The notes under the pieces are model-generated. The model searched no databases, had not been told where the DNA came from, and saw nothing but the letters and a program-made list of their open reading frames with translations. Shown piece after piece: positions 49,373 through 62,563 of a DNA stretch of 64,000 bases. The stretch's first letter is position 1; every line of letters starts with the position of its first letter. The position numbers and the translations under genes are program-made. The DNA is from Eledone cirrhosa (taxonomy: Eukaryota), in NCBI GenBank assembly GCA_964016885.1, contig OZ024744.1, positions 130,882,001 through 130,946,000 of the forward strand. Reading direction: 5' to 3'.

Positions 49373-50630
49373 TCGGGGTTAAGTTAAGTTGGCGTTATGT
49401 TAAGTCAGGCTTAACTTAAGTTGGGGTTCAGTTAAGTTGGGGGTAAGTTAAGTTGGGGGTAAGTTAAGTTGGGGTTAAGTTAAGTTGCGGTTAAGTTGGG
49501 GTTAAGTTAAGTTAGGGTTAAGTTAAGTTGGGGTTGAGTTAAGTTGGGGTTAATTAAGTGGTGGTTATGTTAAGTTGGGGTTAATTTAAATTGGGGTTAA
49601 GTTAACATTGTGGTTAAGTTAAGTTGGGGTTAAGTTAAGTTGGGGTTAAGTTGGGGTTGAGTTAAGTTGGGGTTGAGTGAAGTTGGGGTTAAGTTAAGTT
49701 GGGGTAAAGTTAAGTTGGGGTTAAGTTAAGTCGGGGTTAAGTTAAGTTGTGGTTGAGTTAAGTTGGGGTAAAGTTAAGTTGGGGTTAAGTTAAGTTGGGG
49801 TTAAGTTAAGTTGGGGTTGAGTTAAGTTGGGGTTGAGTTAATTTGGGGTTAAGTTAAGTTGGGGTTAAGTTAAGTTGGGTTTAAGTTAAGTTGGGGTTAA
49901 ATTAAGTTGGGGTTAAATTAAGTTGGGGTTAAGTTAAGTTGGGGGTAAGTTAAGTTGGGGGCAAGTTAAGTTGGGGCTAAGTTAAGTTGGGGTTAAATTA
50001 AGTTGGGGTTACGTTAAGTTGGTGTTAAGTTAAGTTGGGGTTAATTTAAGTTGGGGTTAATTAAGTTGGGGTTAATTTAAGTTGGGGTTAAGTTAAGTTG
50101 GGGTTAATTTAAGTTGGGGTTGAGTTAAGTTGGGGTTAAGTTAAGTTGGGGTTATATTAAGTTGGGGTTAGGTTAAGTTGGGGTTAAGTTAAGTTGGGGT
50201 TAAGTTAAGTTGGGGTTTATTTAAGTTGGGGTTAAGTTAAGTTGGGGTTAATTTAAGTTGGGGTTGAGTTAAGTTGGTGTTGAGTTAAGTTGCGGTTATG
50301 TTAAGTTGGGGTTAAGTTAAGTTGGGGTTAAGTTAAGTTGGGGCTGAGTTAAGTTGGGGCTGAGTTAAGTTGGGGTTAAGTTAAGTTGGGGTTAAGTTAA
50401 GTCGGGGTTAAGTTAAGTTGGGGTTAAGTTAAGTTGGGGTTAAGTTAAGTTGGGGTTAAGTTAAGTTGGGGTTAAGTTAAGTTGGGTTTAAGTTAAGTTG
50501 GGGTTAAGTTAAGATGGGGTCAAGTTAAGTTGGGGTTAAGTTAAGTTGGTTAGTTAAGTTGAGTTTAAGTTAAGTTGGGGTTAATTTATGTTGGGGTTAA
50601 GTTAAGTTGGGGTTAAGTTAAGTTGGGGTT

Positions 50631-50832
50631 AACCCCAACTTAACTTAACCCCAACTTCACTCAACCCCAACGTAACTCAACCCCAACTTAACTTAACCCC
50701 AACTTCACTCAACCCCAACTTAACTTAACCCCAACTTCACTCAACCCCAACTTAAGTCAACCCCAACTTAACTTAACCCCAACTTGACTTAACCCCAACT
50801 TAACTTAGCACGAACTTAACTTAAGCCCAAAG
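50631..50832 (-). repeat. Inverted satellite block 34 (202 bp)
   Basis: Reverse-complement units; AGCACGAAC variant. Confidence 0.95.
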
Positions 50833-52115
50833 TCGGGGTTAAGTTAAGTTGGCGTTAAGTTAAGTTAGGCTTAACTTAAGTTGGGGTTCAGTTAAGTTGG
50901 GGGTAAGTTAAGTTGGGGGTAAGTTAAGTTGGGGTTAAGTTAAGTTGCGTTTAAGTTGGGGTTAAGTTAAGTTAGGGTTAAGTTAAGTTGGGATTAAGTT
51001 AAGTTGGGGATAATTTAAGTTGGGGTTAAGTTGGGGTTAATTTAACTTGGGGCTAAGTTAATTTGTGGTTAAGTTAAGTTGGGGTTAAGTTAAGTTGGGG
51101 TTAAGTTAAGTTGGGGTTGAGTTAAGTTGGGGTTGAGTTAATTTGGGGTTAATTTAAGTTGGGGTTAAGTTAAGTTGGGTTTAAGTTAAGTTGGGGTTAA
51201 ATTAAGTTGGGGTTAAATTAAGTTGGGGTTAAGTTAAGTTGGGGGTAAGTTAAGTTGGGGGCAAGTTAAGTTGGGGCTAAGTTAAGTTGGGGTTAAATTA
51301 AGTTGGGGTTACGTTAAGTTGGTGTTAAGTTAAGTTGGGGTTAATTTAAGTTGGGGTTAATTAAGTTGGGGTTAAGTTAAGTTGGGGTTAAGTTAAGTTG
51401 GGGTTTATTTAAGTTGGGGTTAAGTTAAGTTGGGGTTCAGTTAAGTTGGGGTTCAGTTAAGTTGGGGTTAAGTTAAGTTGGGGTTAAGATGGGGTTAAAT
51501 TAAGTTGGGGTTAAGTTAAGTTGGGGTTAAGTTAAGTTGGGGTTAAGTTAAGTTGGGGTTAAGTTAAGTCGGGGTTAAGTTAAGTCGGGGTTAAGTTAAG
51601 TTAGGGTTCAGTTAAGTTGGGGTTAAGTTAAGTTGGGGTTGAGTTAAGTTGGGGTTGAGTTAAATTGGGGTTGAGTTAAGTTGGGGTTGAGTTAAGTTGG
51701 TGTTGAGTTAAGTTGCGGTTATGTTAAGTTGGGGTAAGTTAAGTTGGGGTTAAGTTAAGTTGGGGCTAAGTTAAGTTGGGGCTGAGTTAAGTTGGGGTTA
51801 AGTTAAGTTGGGGTTAAGTTAAGTCGGGGTTAAGTTAAGTTGGGGTTAAGTTAAGTTGGGGTTAAGTTAAGTTGGGGTTAATTAAGTTGGGGTTAAGTTA
51901 AGTTGGGGTTAAGTTTAGTTGGGTTTAAGTTAAGTTGGGGTTAAGTTAAGTTGGGGTCAAGTTAATTTGGGGTTAAGTTAAGTTGGTTAGTTAAGTTGAG
52001 TTTAAGTTAAGTTGGGGTTAATTTATGTTGGGGTTAAGTTAAGTTGGGGTTAAGTTAAGTTGGGGTTAAGTTAAGTTGGGGTTAAGTTAAGTTGGGGTTA
52101 AGTTAAGTTGGGGTT

Positions 52116-52317
52116 AACCCCAACTTAACTTAACCCCAACGTAACTCAACCCCAACGTAACTCAACCCCAACTTAACTTAACCCCAACTTCACTCAACCC
52201 CAACTTAACTTAACCCCAACTTCACTCAACCCCAACTTAAGTCAACCCCAACTTAACTTAACCCCAACTTGACTTAACCCCAACTTAACTTAGCACCAAC
52301 TTAACTTAAGCCCAAAG
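52116..52317 (-). repeat. Inverted satellite block 35 (202 bp)
   Basis: Reverse-complement units; unit 2 converted to CGTAACTC; AGCACC variant. Confidence 0.95.
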
Positions 52318-53526
52318 TCGGGGTTAAGTTAAGTTGGCGTTAAGTTAAGTTAGGCTTAACTTAAGTTGGGGTTCAGTTAAGTTGGGGGTAAGTTAAGTTG
52401 GGGGTAAGTTAAGTTGTGGTTAAGTTAAGTTGCGTTTAAGTTGGGGTTAAGTTAAGTTAGGGTTAAGTTAAGTTGGGGTTAAGTTAAGTTGGGGTTAATT
52501 TAAATTGGGGTTAAGTTAACTTTGTGGTTAAGTTAAGTTGGGGTTAAGTTAAGTTGGGGTTAAGTTGGGGCTAATTTAAGTTGGGGCTAAGTTAATTTGT
52601 GGTTAAGTTAAGTTGGGGTTAAGTTAAGTTGGGGTTAAGTTAAGTTGGGGTTGAGTTAAGTTGGGGTTGAGTTAATTTGGGGTTAATTTAAGTTGGGGTT
52701 AAGTTAAGTTGGGGCTAAGTTAAGTTGGGGCTAAGTTAAGTTGGGGCTAAGTTAAGTTGGGGTTAGGTTAAGTCGGGGTTAAGTTAAGTCGGGGTTAAGT
52801 TAAGTTGGCGTTAAGTTAAGTTGGGGTTAATTTAAGTTGGGGTTAAGTTAAGTTGGGGTTAATTTAAGTTGGGGTTAAGTTAAGTTGCGGGTAATTTAAG
52901 TTGGGGTTAAGTTAAGTTGGGGTTAAGTTAAGTTGGGGTTATGTTAAGTTGGTTAGTTAAGTTGAGTTTAAGTTAAGTTGGGGTTAATTTATGTTGGGGT
53001 TAAGTTAAGTTGGGGTTAAGTTAAGTTGGGGTTAATTTAAGTTGGGGTTAAGTTAAGTTGCGGGTAATTTAAGTTGGGGTTAAGTTAAGTTGGGGTTAAG
53101 TTAAGTTGGGGTTATGTTAAGTTGGGGTTAAGTTAAGTTGGGGTTAAGTTAAGTTGGGGCTAAGTTAAGTTGGGGCTGAGTTAAGTTGGGGTTAAGTTAA
53201 GTTGGGGTTAAGTTAAGTTGGGGATAAGTTAAGTTGGGGTTAAGTTAAGTTGGGGTTTATTTAAGTTGGGGTTAATTTAAGTTGGGGTTCAGTTAAGTTG
53301 GGGTTAAGTTAAGTTGGGGTTAAGTTAAGTTGGGGTTAAGTTAAGTTGGGGTTAAGTTAAGTTGGGTTTAAGTTAAGTTGGGGTTAAGTTAAGTTGGGGT
53401 CAAGTTAAGTTGGGGTTAAGTTAAGTTGGTTAGTTAATTTGAGTTTAAGTTAAGTTGGGGTTAATTTTTGTTGGGGTTAAGTTAAGTTGGGGTTAAGTTA
53501 AGTTGGGGTTAAGTTAAGTTGGGGTT

Positions 53527-53728
53527 AACCCCAACTTAACTTAACCCCAACTTCACTCAACCCCAACGTAACTCAACCCCAACTTAACTTAACCCCAACT
53601 TCACTCAACCCCAACTTAACTTAACCCCAACTTCACTCAACCCCAACTTAAGTCAACCCCAACTTAACTTAACCCCAACTTGACTTAACCCCAACTTAAC
53701 TTAGCACCAACTTAACTTAAGCCCAAAG
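53527..53728 (-). repeat. Inverted satellite block 36 (202 bp)
   Basis: Reverse-complement units; AGCACC variant. Confidence 0.95.
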
Positions 53729-56700
53729 TCGGGGTTAAGTTAAGTTGGCGTTAAGTTAAGTTAGGCTTAACTTAAGTTGGGGTTCAGTTAAGTTGGGGGT
53801 AAGTTAAGTTGGGGGTAAGTTAAGTTGGGGTTAAGTTAAGTTGCGTTTAAGTTGGGGTTAAGTTAAGTTAGGGTTAAGTTAAGTTGGGGTTAATTTAAAT
53901 TGGGGTTAAGTTAACTTTGTGGTTAAGTTAAGTTGGGGTTAAGTTAAGTTGGGGTTAAGTTGGGGTTAATTTAAGTTGGGGCTAAGTTAATTTGTGGTTA
54001 AGTTAAGTTGGGGTTAAGTTAAGTTGGGGTTAAGTTAAGTTGGGGTTGAGTTAAGTTGGGGTTGAGTTAATTAGGGGTTAAATTAAGTTGGGGTTAAGTT
54101 AAGTTGGGGGTAAGTTAAGTTGGGGCTAAGTTAAGTTGGGGTTAAATTAAGTTGGGGTTACGTTAAGTTGGTGTTAAGTTAAGTTGGGGTTAATTTAAGT
54201 TGGGGTTAATTAAGTTGGGGTTAAGTTAAGTTGGGGTTAAGTTAAGTTGGGGTTTATTTAAGTTGGGGTTAAGTTAAGTTGGGGTTCAGTTAAGTTGGGG
54301 TTCAGTTAAGTTGGGGTTAATTTAAGTTGGGGTTAAGATGGGGTTAAATTAAGTTGGGGTTAAGTTAAGTTTGGGTTAAGTTAAGTTGGGGTTAAGTTAA
54401 GTTGGGGTTAAGTTAAGTCGGGGTTAAGTTAAGTCGGGGTTAAGTTAAGTTAGGGTTCAGTTAAGTTGGGGTTAAGTTAAGTTGGGGTTGAGTTAAGTTG
54501 GGGTTGAGTTAAATTGGGGTTGAGTTAAGTTGGGGTTGAGTTAAGTTGGTGTTGACTTAAGTTGGGGTTAAGTTAAGTTGGGGTTAAGTTAAGTTGCAGT
54601 TAAGTTAAGTTGAGGTTAAGTTAAGGTGCGGTTAAGTTAAGTTGGGGTTAAGTTAAGTTGGGGCTAAGTTAAGTTGGGGCTAATTTAAGTTGGGGCTAAG
54701 TTACGTTGGGGTTAGGTTAAGTTGGGGTTAAGTTAAGTCGGGGTTAAGTTAAGTTGGCGTTAAGTTAATTTGGGGTTAATTTAAGTTGGGGTTAAGTTAA
54801 GTTGGGGTTAAGTTAAGTTGGGGTTAAGTTAAGTTGGGGTTATGTTAAGTTGGGGTTAAGTTAAGTTGGGGTTAAGTTAAGTTGGGGCTAAGTTAAGTTG
54901 GGGCTGAGTTAAGTTGGGGTTAAGTTAAGTTGGGGTTAAGTTAAGTTTGGGATAAGTTAAGTTGGGGTTAAGTTAAGTTGGGGTTTATTTAAGTTGGGGT
55001 TAATTTAAGTTGGGGTTCAGTTAAGTTGGGGTTCAGTTAAGTTGGGGTTAAGTTAAGTTGGGGTTTATTTAAGTTGGGGTTAATTTAAGTCGGGGTTAAG
55101 TTAAGTCGGGGTTCAGTTAATATAGGGTTAAGTTAAGTTGGGGTTAAGTTAAGTTGGGGTTGTGTTAAGTTGGGGTTGAGTTAAATTGGGGTTGAGTTAA
55201 GTTGGGGTTGAGTTAAGTTGGTGTTCAGTTAAGTTGGGGTTAAGTTAAGTTGGGGTTAATTTAAGTTGCAGTTAAGTTAAGTTGAGGTTAAGTTAAGGTG
55301 GGGTTAAGTTAAGTTGGGGTTAGTTTAAGTTGGGGCTAAGCTAAGTTGGGGCTAAGTTAAGTTGGGGCTAAGTTAAGTTGGGGTTAAGTTAAGTTGGGGT
55401 ATATTAAGTTGGGGTTAAGTTAAGTTGGGGTTAAGTTAAGTTGGGGTTAATTTAAGTTGGGGCTGAGTTAAGTTGGGGCTGAGTTAAGTTGGGGCTGAGT
55501 TAAGTTGGGGTTAAGTTAAGTTGGGGTATATTAAGTTGGGGTTAAGTTAAGTTGGGGTTAAGTTAAGTTGGGGTTAAGTTAAGTTGGGGCTGAGTTAAGT
55601 TGGGGCTTAGTTAAGTTGGGGTTAAGTTAAGTTGGGGTTAAGTTAAGTTGGGGTTAAGTTAAGTTGGGGTTAAGTTAAGTTGAGGTTAAGTTAAGTTGGG
55701 GTTAAATTAAGTTGGGGTTAAGTTAAGTTGGGGTTAAGTTAAGTTGGGGTTAAGTTAAGTTGGGGATATGTTAAGTTGGGGATGAGTTAAATTGGGGTTA
55801 AGTTAAGTTGGGTTTAAGTTAAGTTGGGGTTAAGTTAAGTTGGGGTTAAGTTAAGTTGGGGTTAAGTTAAGTTGGTTAGTTAAGTTGAGTTTAAGTTAAG
55901 TTGGGGTTAATTTAAATCGGGGTTAAGTTAAGTTAGGGTTAAGTTAAGTTGGGGTTGAGTTAAGTTGGGGTTGAGTTAAATTGGGGTTGAGTTAAGTTGG
56001 GGTTGAGTTAAGTTGGTGTTGAGTTAAGTTGGGGTTAAGTTAAGTTGGGGTTAAGTTAAGTTGTGGTTAAGTTAAGTTGAGGTTAAGTTAAGTTGGGGTT
56101 AAGTTAAGTTGGGGTTAATTTAAGTTGGGGCTAAGTTAAGTTGGGGCTAAGTTAAGTTGGGGTTAAGTTAAGTTGGGGTCAACTTAAGTTGGGGTTAAGT
56201 TAAGTTGGCGTTAAGTTAAGTTGGGGTTAAGTTAAGTTGGGGTTAAGTTAAGTTGGTGTTAAGTTAAGTTGGGGCTGAGTTAAGTTGGGGCTGAGTTAAG
56301 TTGGGGCTGAGTTAAGTTGGGGTTCAGTCAAGTTGGGGTTAAGTTAAGTTGGGGTTATTTTAAGTTGGGGTTTAGTTAAGTTGGGGTTCATTTAAGTTGG
56401 GGTTAAGTTAAGTTTGGGTTAAGTTGGGGTTAAATTAATTTGGGGTTAAATGAAGTTGGGGTTAAGTTAAGTTGGGGTTAAGTTAAGTTGGGGTTAATTT
56501 AAGTTGGGGTTAAGTTAAGTTGCGGGTAATTTAAGTTGGGGTTAAGTTAAGTTGGGGTTAAGTTAAGTTGGGGTTAAGTTAAGTTTGGGTTAAGTTAAGT
56601 TGGGGTTAAGTTAATTTGGGGTTAAGTTGGGGTTAAGTTAAGTTGGGGTTTATTTAAGTTGGGGTTAAGTTAAGTTGGGGTTCAGTTAAGTTTGGGTTCA

Positions 56701-57058
56701 GTTAAGTTGGGGTTAAGTTAAGCTGGGGTTAAGATGGGGTTAAATTAAGTTGGGGTTAAGTTAAGTTGGTTAGTTAAGTTGAGGTTAAGTTAAGTTGGGC
56801 TTAAGTTAAGTTGGGGTTAATTTAAGTTGGGGTTAAGTTAAGTTGGGGTTAAGTTAAGTTGGGGTTAAGTCAAGTTGGGGTTAAGTTAAGTTGGGGTTGA
56901 GTTAAGTTGGGGTTGAGTGAAGTTGGGGTTAAGTTAAGTTGGGGTTAAGTTAAGTTGGGGTTAAGTTAAGTTGGGGTCAAGTTAAGTTAGGGTTAAGTTA
57001 AGTTGGGGTTAAGTTAAGTTGGCGTTAAGTTAATTTGTGGTTAAGTTAAGTTGGGGTT

Positions 57059-57260
57059 AACCCCAACTTAACTTAACCCCATTTTCACTCAAACCCAACT
57101 TAACTCAACCCCAACTTAACTTAACCCCAGCTTCACTCAACCCCAACTTAACTTAACCCCAACTTCACTCAACCCCAACTTAACTCAACCCCAACTTAAC
57201 TTAATCCCAACTTGACTTAACCCCAACTTAACTTAACCCCAACTTAACTTAACCCCAAAG
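57059..57260 (-). repeat. Inverted satellite block 37 (202 bp, outlier and ancestral-like)
   Basis: Lacks the CGTAAC, AAGTC, AGCCCC and AAGCCC variants, has its own private substitutions and ends AACCCCAAAG. Confidence 0.95.
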
Positions 57261-58411
57261 TCGGGGTTAAGTTAAGTTGGGGGTAAGTTAAGTTGGGATT
57301 AAGTTGGGGTTAAGTTAAGTTAGGGTTAAGTTAAGTTGGGGTTAAGTTAAGTTGGGGTTAAGTTGGGGTTAAATTAAGTTGGGGCTAAGTTAATTTGTGG
57401 TTAAGTTAAGTTGGGGTTAAGTTAAGTTGGGGTTAAGTTAAGTTGCGTTTAAGTTGGGGTTAAGTTAAGTTAGGGTTAAGTTAAGTTGGGGTTAAGTTAA
57501 GTTGGGGTTAATTTAAATTGGGGTTAAGTTAACTTTGTGGTTAAGTTAAGTTGGGGTTAAGTTAAGTTGGGGTTAAGTTGGGATTAATTTAAGTTGGGGC
57601 TAAGTTAATTTGTGGTTAAGTTAAGTTGGGGTTAAGTTAAGTTGGGGTTAAGTTAAGTTGCGGGTAATTTAAGTTGGCGTTAAGTTAAGTTGGGGTTAAG
57701 TTAAGTTGGGGTTAAGTTAAGTTGGGGTTAAGTTAAGTTGGGGTTTATTTAAGTTGGGGTTAAGTTAAGTTGGGGTTCAGTTAAGTTGGGGTTCAGTTAA
57801 GTTGGGGTTAAGTTAAGTTGGGGTTAAGATGGGGTTAAATTACGTTGGAGTTAAGTTAAGTTGGGGTTAAGTTAAGTTGGGGTTAAGTTAAGTTGGGGTT
57901 AAGTTAAGTCGGGGTTAATTTAAGTCGGGGTTAAGTTAAGTTAGGGTTCAGTTAAGTTGGGGTTAAGTTAAGTTGGGGTTGAGTTAGTTGGGGTCGAGTT
58001 AAATTGGGGTTGAGTTAAGTTGGGCTTGAGTTAAGTTGGTGTTGAGTTAAGTTGGGGTTAAGGTAAATTGGGGTTAATTTAAGTTGCAGTTAAGTTAAGT
58101 TGAGGTTAAGTTAAGGTGCGGTTAAGTTAAGTTGGGGTTAAGTTAAGTTGGGGCTAAGTTAAGTTGGGGCTAAGTTAAGTTGGGGCTAAGTTAAGTTGGG
58201 GTTAAGTTAAGTTGGGGTTAAGTTAAGTCGGGGTTAAGTTAAGTTGGGGTTAAGTTAAGTTGGGGTTAATTTAAGTTGGGGTTAAGTTAAGTTGGGGTTA
58301 AGTTAAGTTGGGGTTAAGTTAAGTTGGGTTTAAGTTAAGTTGGGGTTAAGTTAAGTTGGGGTTAAGTTAAGTTGGGGTTAAGTTAAGTTGGGGTTAAGTT
58401 AAGTTGGGGTT

Positions 58412-58540
58412 AACCCCAACTTAACTTAACCCCAACTTCACTCAACCCCAACTTAACTTAACCCCAACTTCACTCAACCCCAACTTCCAACTTGACTTAA
58501 CCCCAACTTAACTTAGCCCCAACTTAACTTAAGCCCAAAG
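58412..58540 (-). repeat. Inverted satellite block 38 (129 bp)
   Basis: Same variants as block 30. Confidence 0.95.
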
Positions 58541-60540
58541 TCGGGGTTAAGTTAAGTTTGCGTTAAGTTAAGTTAGGCTTAACTTAAGTTGGGGTTCAGT
58601 TAAGTTGGGGGTAAGTTAAGTTGGGGTTAAGTTAAGTTGCGGTTAAGTTGGGGTTAAGTTAAGTTAGGGTTAAGTTAATTTGGGGTTGAGTTAAGTTGGG
58701 GTTAATTAAGTGGTGGTTATGTTAAGTTGGGGTTAAGTTAAGTTGGGGTTAATTTAAATTGGGGTTAAGTTAACTTTGTGGTTAAGTTAAGTTGGGGTTA
58801 AGTTAAGTGGGGGTAAAGTTGGGGTTGAGTTAAGTTGGGGTTGAGTGAAGTTGGGGTTAAGTTAAGTTGGGGTTAAGTTAAGTTGGGGTTAAGATAAGTC
58901 GGGGTTAAGTTAAGTTGTGGTTGAGTTAAGTTGGGGTTAATTTAAGTTGGGGCTAAGTTAATTTGTGGTTAAGTTAAGTTGGGGTTAAGTTAAGTTGGGG
59001 TTAAGTTAAGTTGGGGTTGAGTTAAGTTGGGGTTGAGTTAATTTGGGGTTAAGTTAAGTTGGGGTTAAGTTAAGTTGGGTTTAAGTTAAGTTGGGGTTAA
59101 ATTAAGTTGGGGTTAAATTAAGTTGGGGTTGAGTTAAGTTGGGGGTAAGTTAAGTTGGGGGCAAGTTAAGTTGGGGTTAATTTAAGTTGGGGTTAAATTA
59201 AGTTGGGGTTACGTTAAGTTGGTGTTAAGTTAAGTTGGGGTTAATTTAAGTTGGGGTTAATTAAGTTGGGGTTAAGTTAAGTTGGGGTTAAGTTAAGTTG
59301 GGGTTAAGTTAAGTTGGTGTTAAGTTAAGTTGGGGCTAAGTTAAGTTGGGGCTGAGTTAAGTTGGGGCTGAGTTAAGTTGGGGCTAAGTTAAGTTGGGGT
59401 TGAGTTATGTTGGGGTTAAGTTAAGTTGGGGTCAAGTTAAGTTGGGGTTAAGTTGGGGTTAAGTTAAGTTAGGTTTAAGTTAAGTTGGGGTTAAGTTAAG
59501 TTGGGGTTAAGTTAAGTTGGGGTTAAGTTAAGTTAGGTTTAAGTTAAGTTGGGGTTAAGTTAAGTTGGGGTTAAGTTAAGTTGGGGTTAAGTTAAGTTGG
59601 GGTTAAGTTAAGTTGAGGTTAAGTTAAGTTGGGGTTAAATTAAGTTGGGGTTAAGTTAAGTTGGGGTTAAGTTAAGTTGGGGATAAGTTAAGTTGGGGAT
59701 AATTTAAGTTGGGGTTAAGTTAAGTTGGGTTTAAGTTAAGTTGGGGTTAAGTTAAGTTGGGGTTAAGTTAAGTTGGGGTTAAGTTAAGTTGGGGCTAGGT
59801 TAAGTTGGGGTTCAGTTAAGTTGGGGTTCAGTTAAGTTGGGGTTAAGTTAAGTTGGGGTTAAGATGGGGCTAAATTAAGTTGGGGTTAAGTTAAGTTGGG
59901 GTTAAGTTAAGTTGGGGTTAAGCTAAGTTGGGGTTAAGTTAAGTCGGGGTTAAGTTAAGTCGGGGTTAAGTTAAGTTAGGGTTCAGTTAAGTTGGGGTTA
60001 AGTTAAGTTGGGGTTGAGTTAAGTTGGGGTTGAGTTAAATTGGGGTTAAGTTAAGTTGGGGTTGAGTTAAGTTGGTGTTGAGTTAAGTTGGGGTTAAGTT
60101 AAGTTGGGGTTAAGTTAAGTTGCAGTTAAGTTAAGTTGAGGTTAAGTTAAGGTGCGGTTAAGTTAAGTTGGGGTTAAGTTAAGTTGGGGCTAAGTTAAGT
60201 TGGGGCTAAGTTAAGTTGGGGCTAAGTTAAGTTGGGGTTAAGTTAAGTCGGGGTTAAGTTAAGTTGGGGTTAAGTTAAGTTGGGGTTAATTTAAGTTGGG
60301 GTTAAGTTAAGTTGGGGTTAAGTTAAGTTGGGGTTAAGTTAAGTTGGGGTTAAGTTAAGTTGGGTTTAAGTTAAGTTGGGGTTAAGTTAAGTTGGGGTCA
60401 AGTTAAGTTGGGGTTAAGTTAAGTTGGTTAGTTAAGTCGAGTTTAAGTTAAGTTGGGGTTAATTTAAGTTGGGGTTAAGTTAAGTTGGGGTTAAGTTAAG
60501 TTGGGGTTAAGTTAAGTTGGGGTTAAGTTAAGTTGGGGTT

Positions 60541-60742
60541 AACCCCAACTTAACTTAACCCCAACTTCACTCAACCCCAACGTAACTCAACCCCAACTTA
60601 ACTTAACCCCAACTTCACTCAACCCCAACTTAACTTAACCCCAACTTCACTCAACCCCAACTTAAGTCAACCCCAACTTAACTTAACCCCAACTTGACTT
60701 AACCCCAACTTAAATTAGCCCCAACTTAACTTAAGCCCAAAG
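60541..60742 (-). repeat. Inverted satellite block 39 (202 bp)
   Basis: Same variants as block 31. Confidence 0.95.
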
Positions 60743-62409
60743 TCGGGGTTAAGTTAAGTTGGCGTTATGTTAAGTCAGGCTTAACTTAAAATGGGGTTCA
60801 GTTAAGTTGGCAGTAAGTTAAGTTGGGGGTAAGTTAAGTTGGGGTTAAATTAAGTTGCGGTTAAGTTGGGGTTAAGTTAAGTTAGGGTTAAGTTAAGTTG
60901 GGGTTGAGTTAAGTTGGGGTTAATTAAGTGGTGGTTATGTTAAGTTGGGGTTAATTTAAATTGGGGTTAAGTTAACTTTGTGGTTAAGTTCAGTTGGGGT
61001 TAAGTTAAGTTGGGGTTAAGTTGGGGTTGAGTTAAGTTGGGGTTGAGTGAAGTTGGGGTTAAGTTAAGTTGGGGTAAAGTTAAGTTGGGGTTAAGTTAAG
61101 TCGGGGTTGAGTTAAGTTGTGGTTGAGTTAAGTTGGGGTTAATTTAAGTTGGGGCTAAGTTAATTTGTGGTTAAGTTAAGTTGGGGTTAAGTTAAGTTGG
61201 GTTTAAGTTAAGTTGGGGTTAAATTAAGTTGGGGTTAAATTAAGTTGGGGTTAAGTTAAGTTGGGGGTAAGTTAAGTTGGGGGCAAGTTAAGTTGGGGCT
61301 AAGTTAAGTTGGGGTTAAATTAAGTTGGGGTTACGTTAAGTTGGTGTTAAGTTAAGTTGGGGTTAATTTAAGTTGGGGTTAATTAAGTTGGGGTTAATTT
61401 AAGTTGGGGTTAAGTTAAGTTGGGGTTAATTTAAGTTGGGGTTGAGTTAAGTTGGGGTTAATTTAAGTTGGGGTTATATTAAGTTGGGGTTAAGTTAAGT
61501 TGGGGTTAATTTAAGTTGGGGTTAAGTTAAGTTGGGGTTTATTTAAGTTGGGGTTAAGTTAAGTTGGGGTTCAGTTAAGTTGGGGTTCAGTTAAGTTGGG
61601 GTTAAGTTAAGTTGGGGTTAAGATGGGGTTAAATTAAGTTGGGGTTAAGTTAAGTTGGGGTCAAGTTAAGTTGGGGTTAAGTTAAGTTAGGGTTAAGTTA
61701 AGTCGGGGTTAAGTTAAGTCGGGGTTAAGTTAAGTTAGGGTTCAGTTAAGTTGGGGTTAAGTTAAGTTGGGGTTGAGTTAAGTTGGGGTTGAGTTAAATT
61801 GGGGTTGAGTTAAGTTGGGGTTGAGTTAAGTTGGTGTTGAGTTAAGTTGGGGTTAAGTTAAGTTGGGGTTAAGTTAAGTTGCAGTTAAGTTAAGTTGAGG
61901 TTAAGTTAAGGTGCGGTTAAGTTAAGTTGGGGTTAAGTTAAGTTGGGGCTAAGTTAAGTTGGGGCTAAGTTAAGTTGGGGTTAAGTTAAGTTGGGGTTAA
62001 GTTAAGTCGGGGTTAAGTTAAGTTGGGGTTAAGTTAAGTTGGGGTTAAGTTAAGTTGGGGTTAAGTTAAGTTGGGGTTAAGTTAAGTTGGGTTTAAGTTA
62101 AGTTGGGGTTAAGTCAAGTTGGGGTTAAGTTAAGTTGGGGTTAAGTTTAGTTGGTTAGTTAAGTTGAGTTTAAGTTAAGTTGGGGTTAATTTAAGTTGGA
62201 GTTAAGTTAATATGGGGTTAAGTTAAGTTGGGGTTAAGTTAAGTTGGGGTTTAAGTTAAGTTGGGGTTAAGTTAAGTTGGGGTCAAGTTAAGTTGGGGTT
62301 AAGTTAAGTTGGTTAGTTAAGTCGAGTTTAAGTTAAGTTGGGGTTAATTTAAGTTGGGGTTAAGTTAAGTTGGGGTTAAGTTAAGTTGGGGTTAAGTTAA
62401 GTTGGGGTT

Positions 62410-62563
62410 AACCCCAACTTAACTTAACCCCAACTTCACTCAACCCCAACGTAACTCAACCCCAACTTAACTTAACCCCAACTTCACTCAACCCCAACTT
62501 AACTTAACCCCAACTTCACTCAACCCCAACTTATGTCAACCCCAACTTAACTTAAGCCCAAAG
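62410..62563 (-). repeat. Inverted satellite block 40 (154 bp)
   Basis: Same variants as block 32. Confidence 0.95.
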
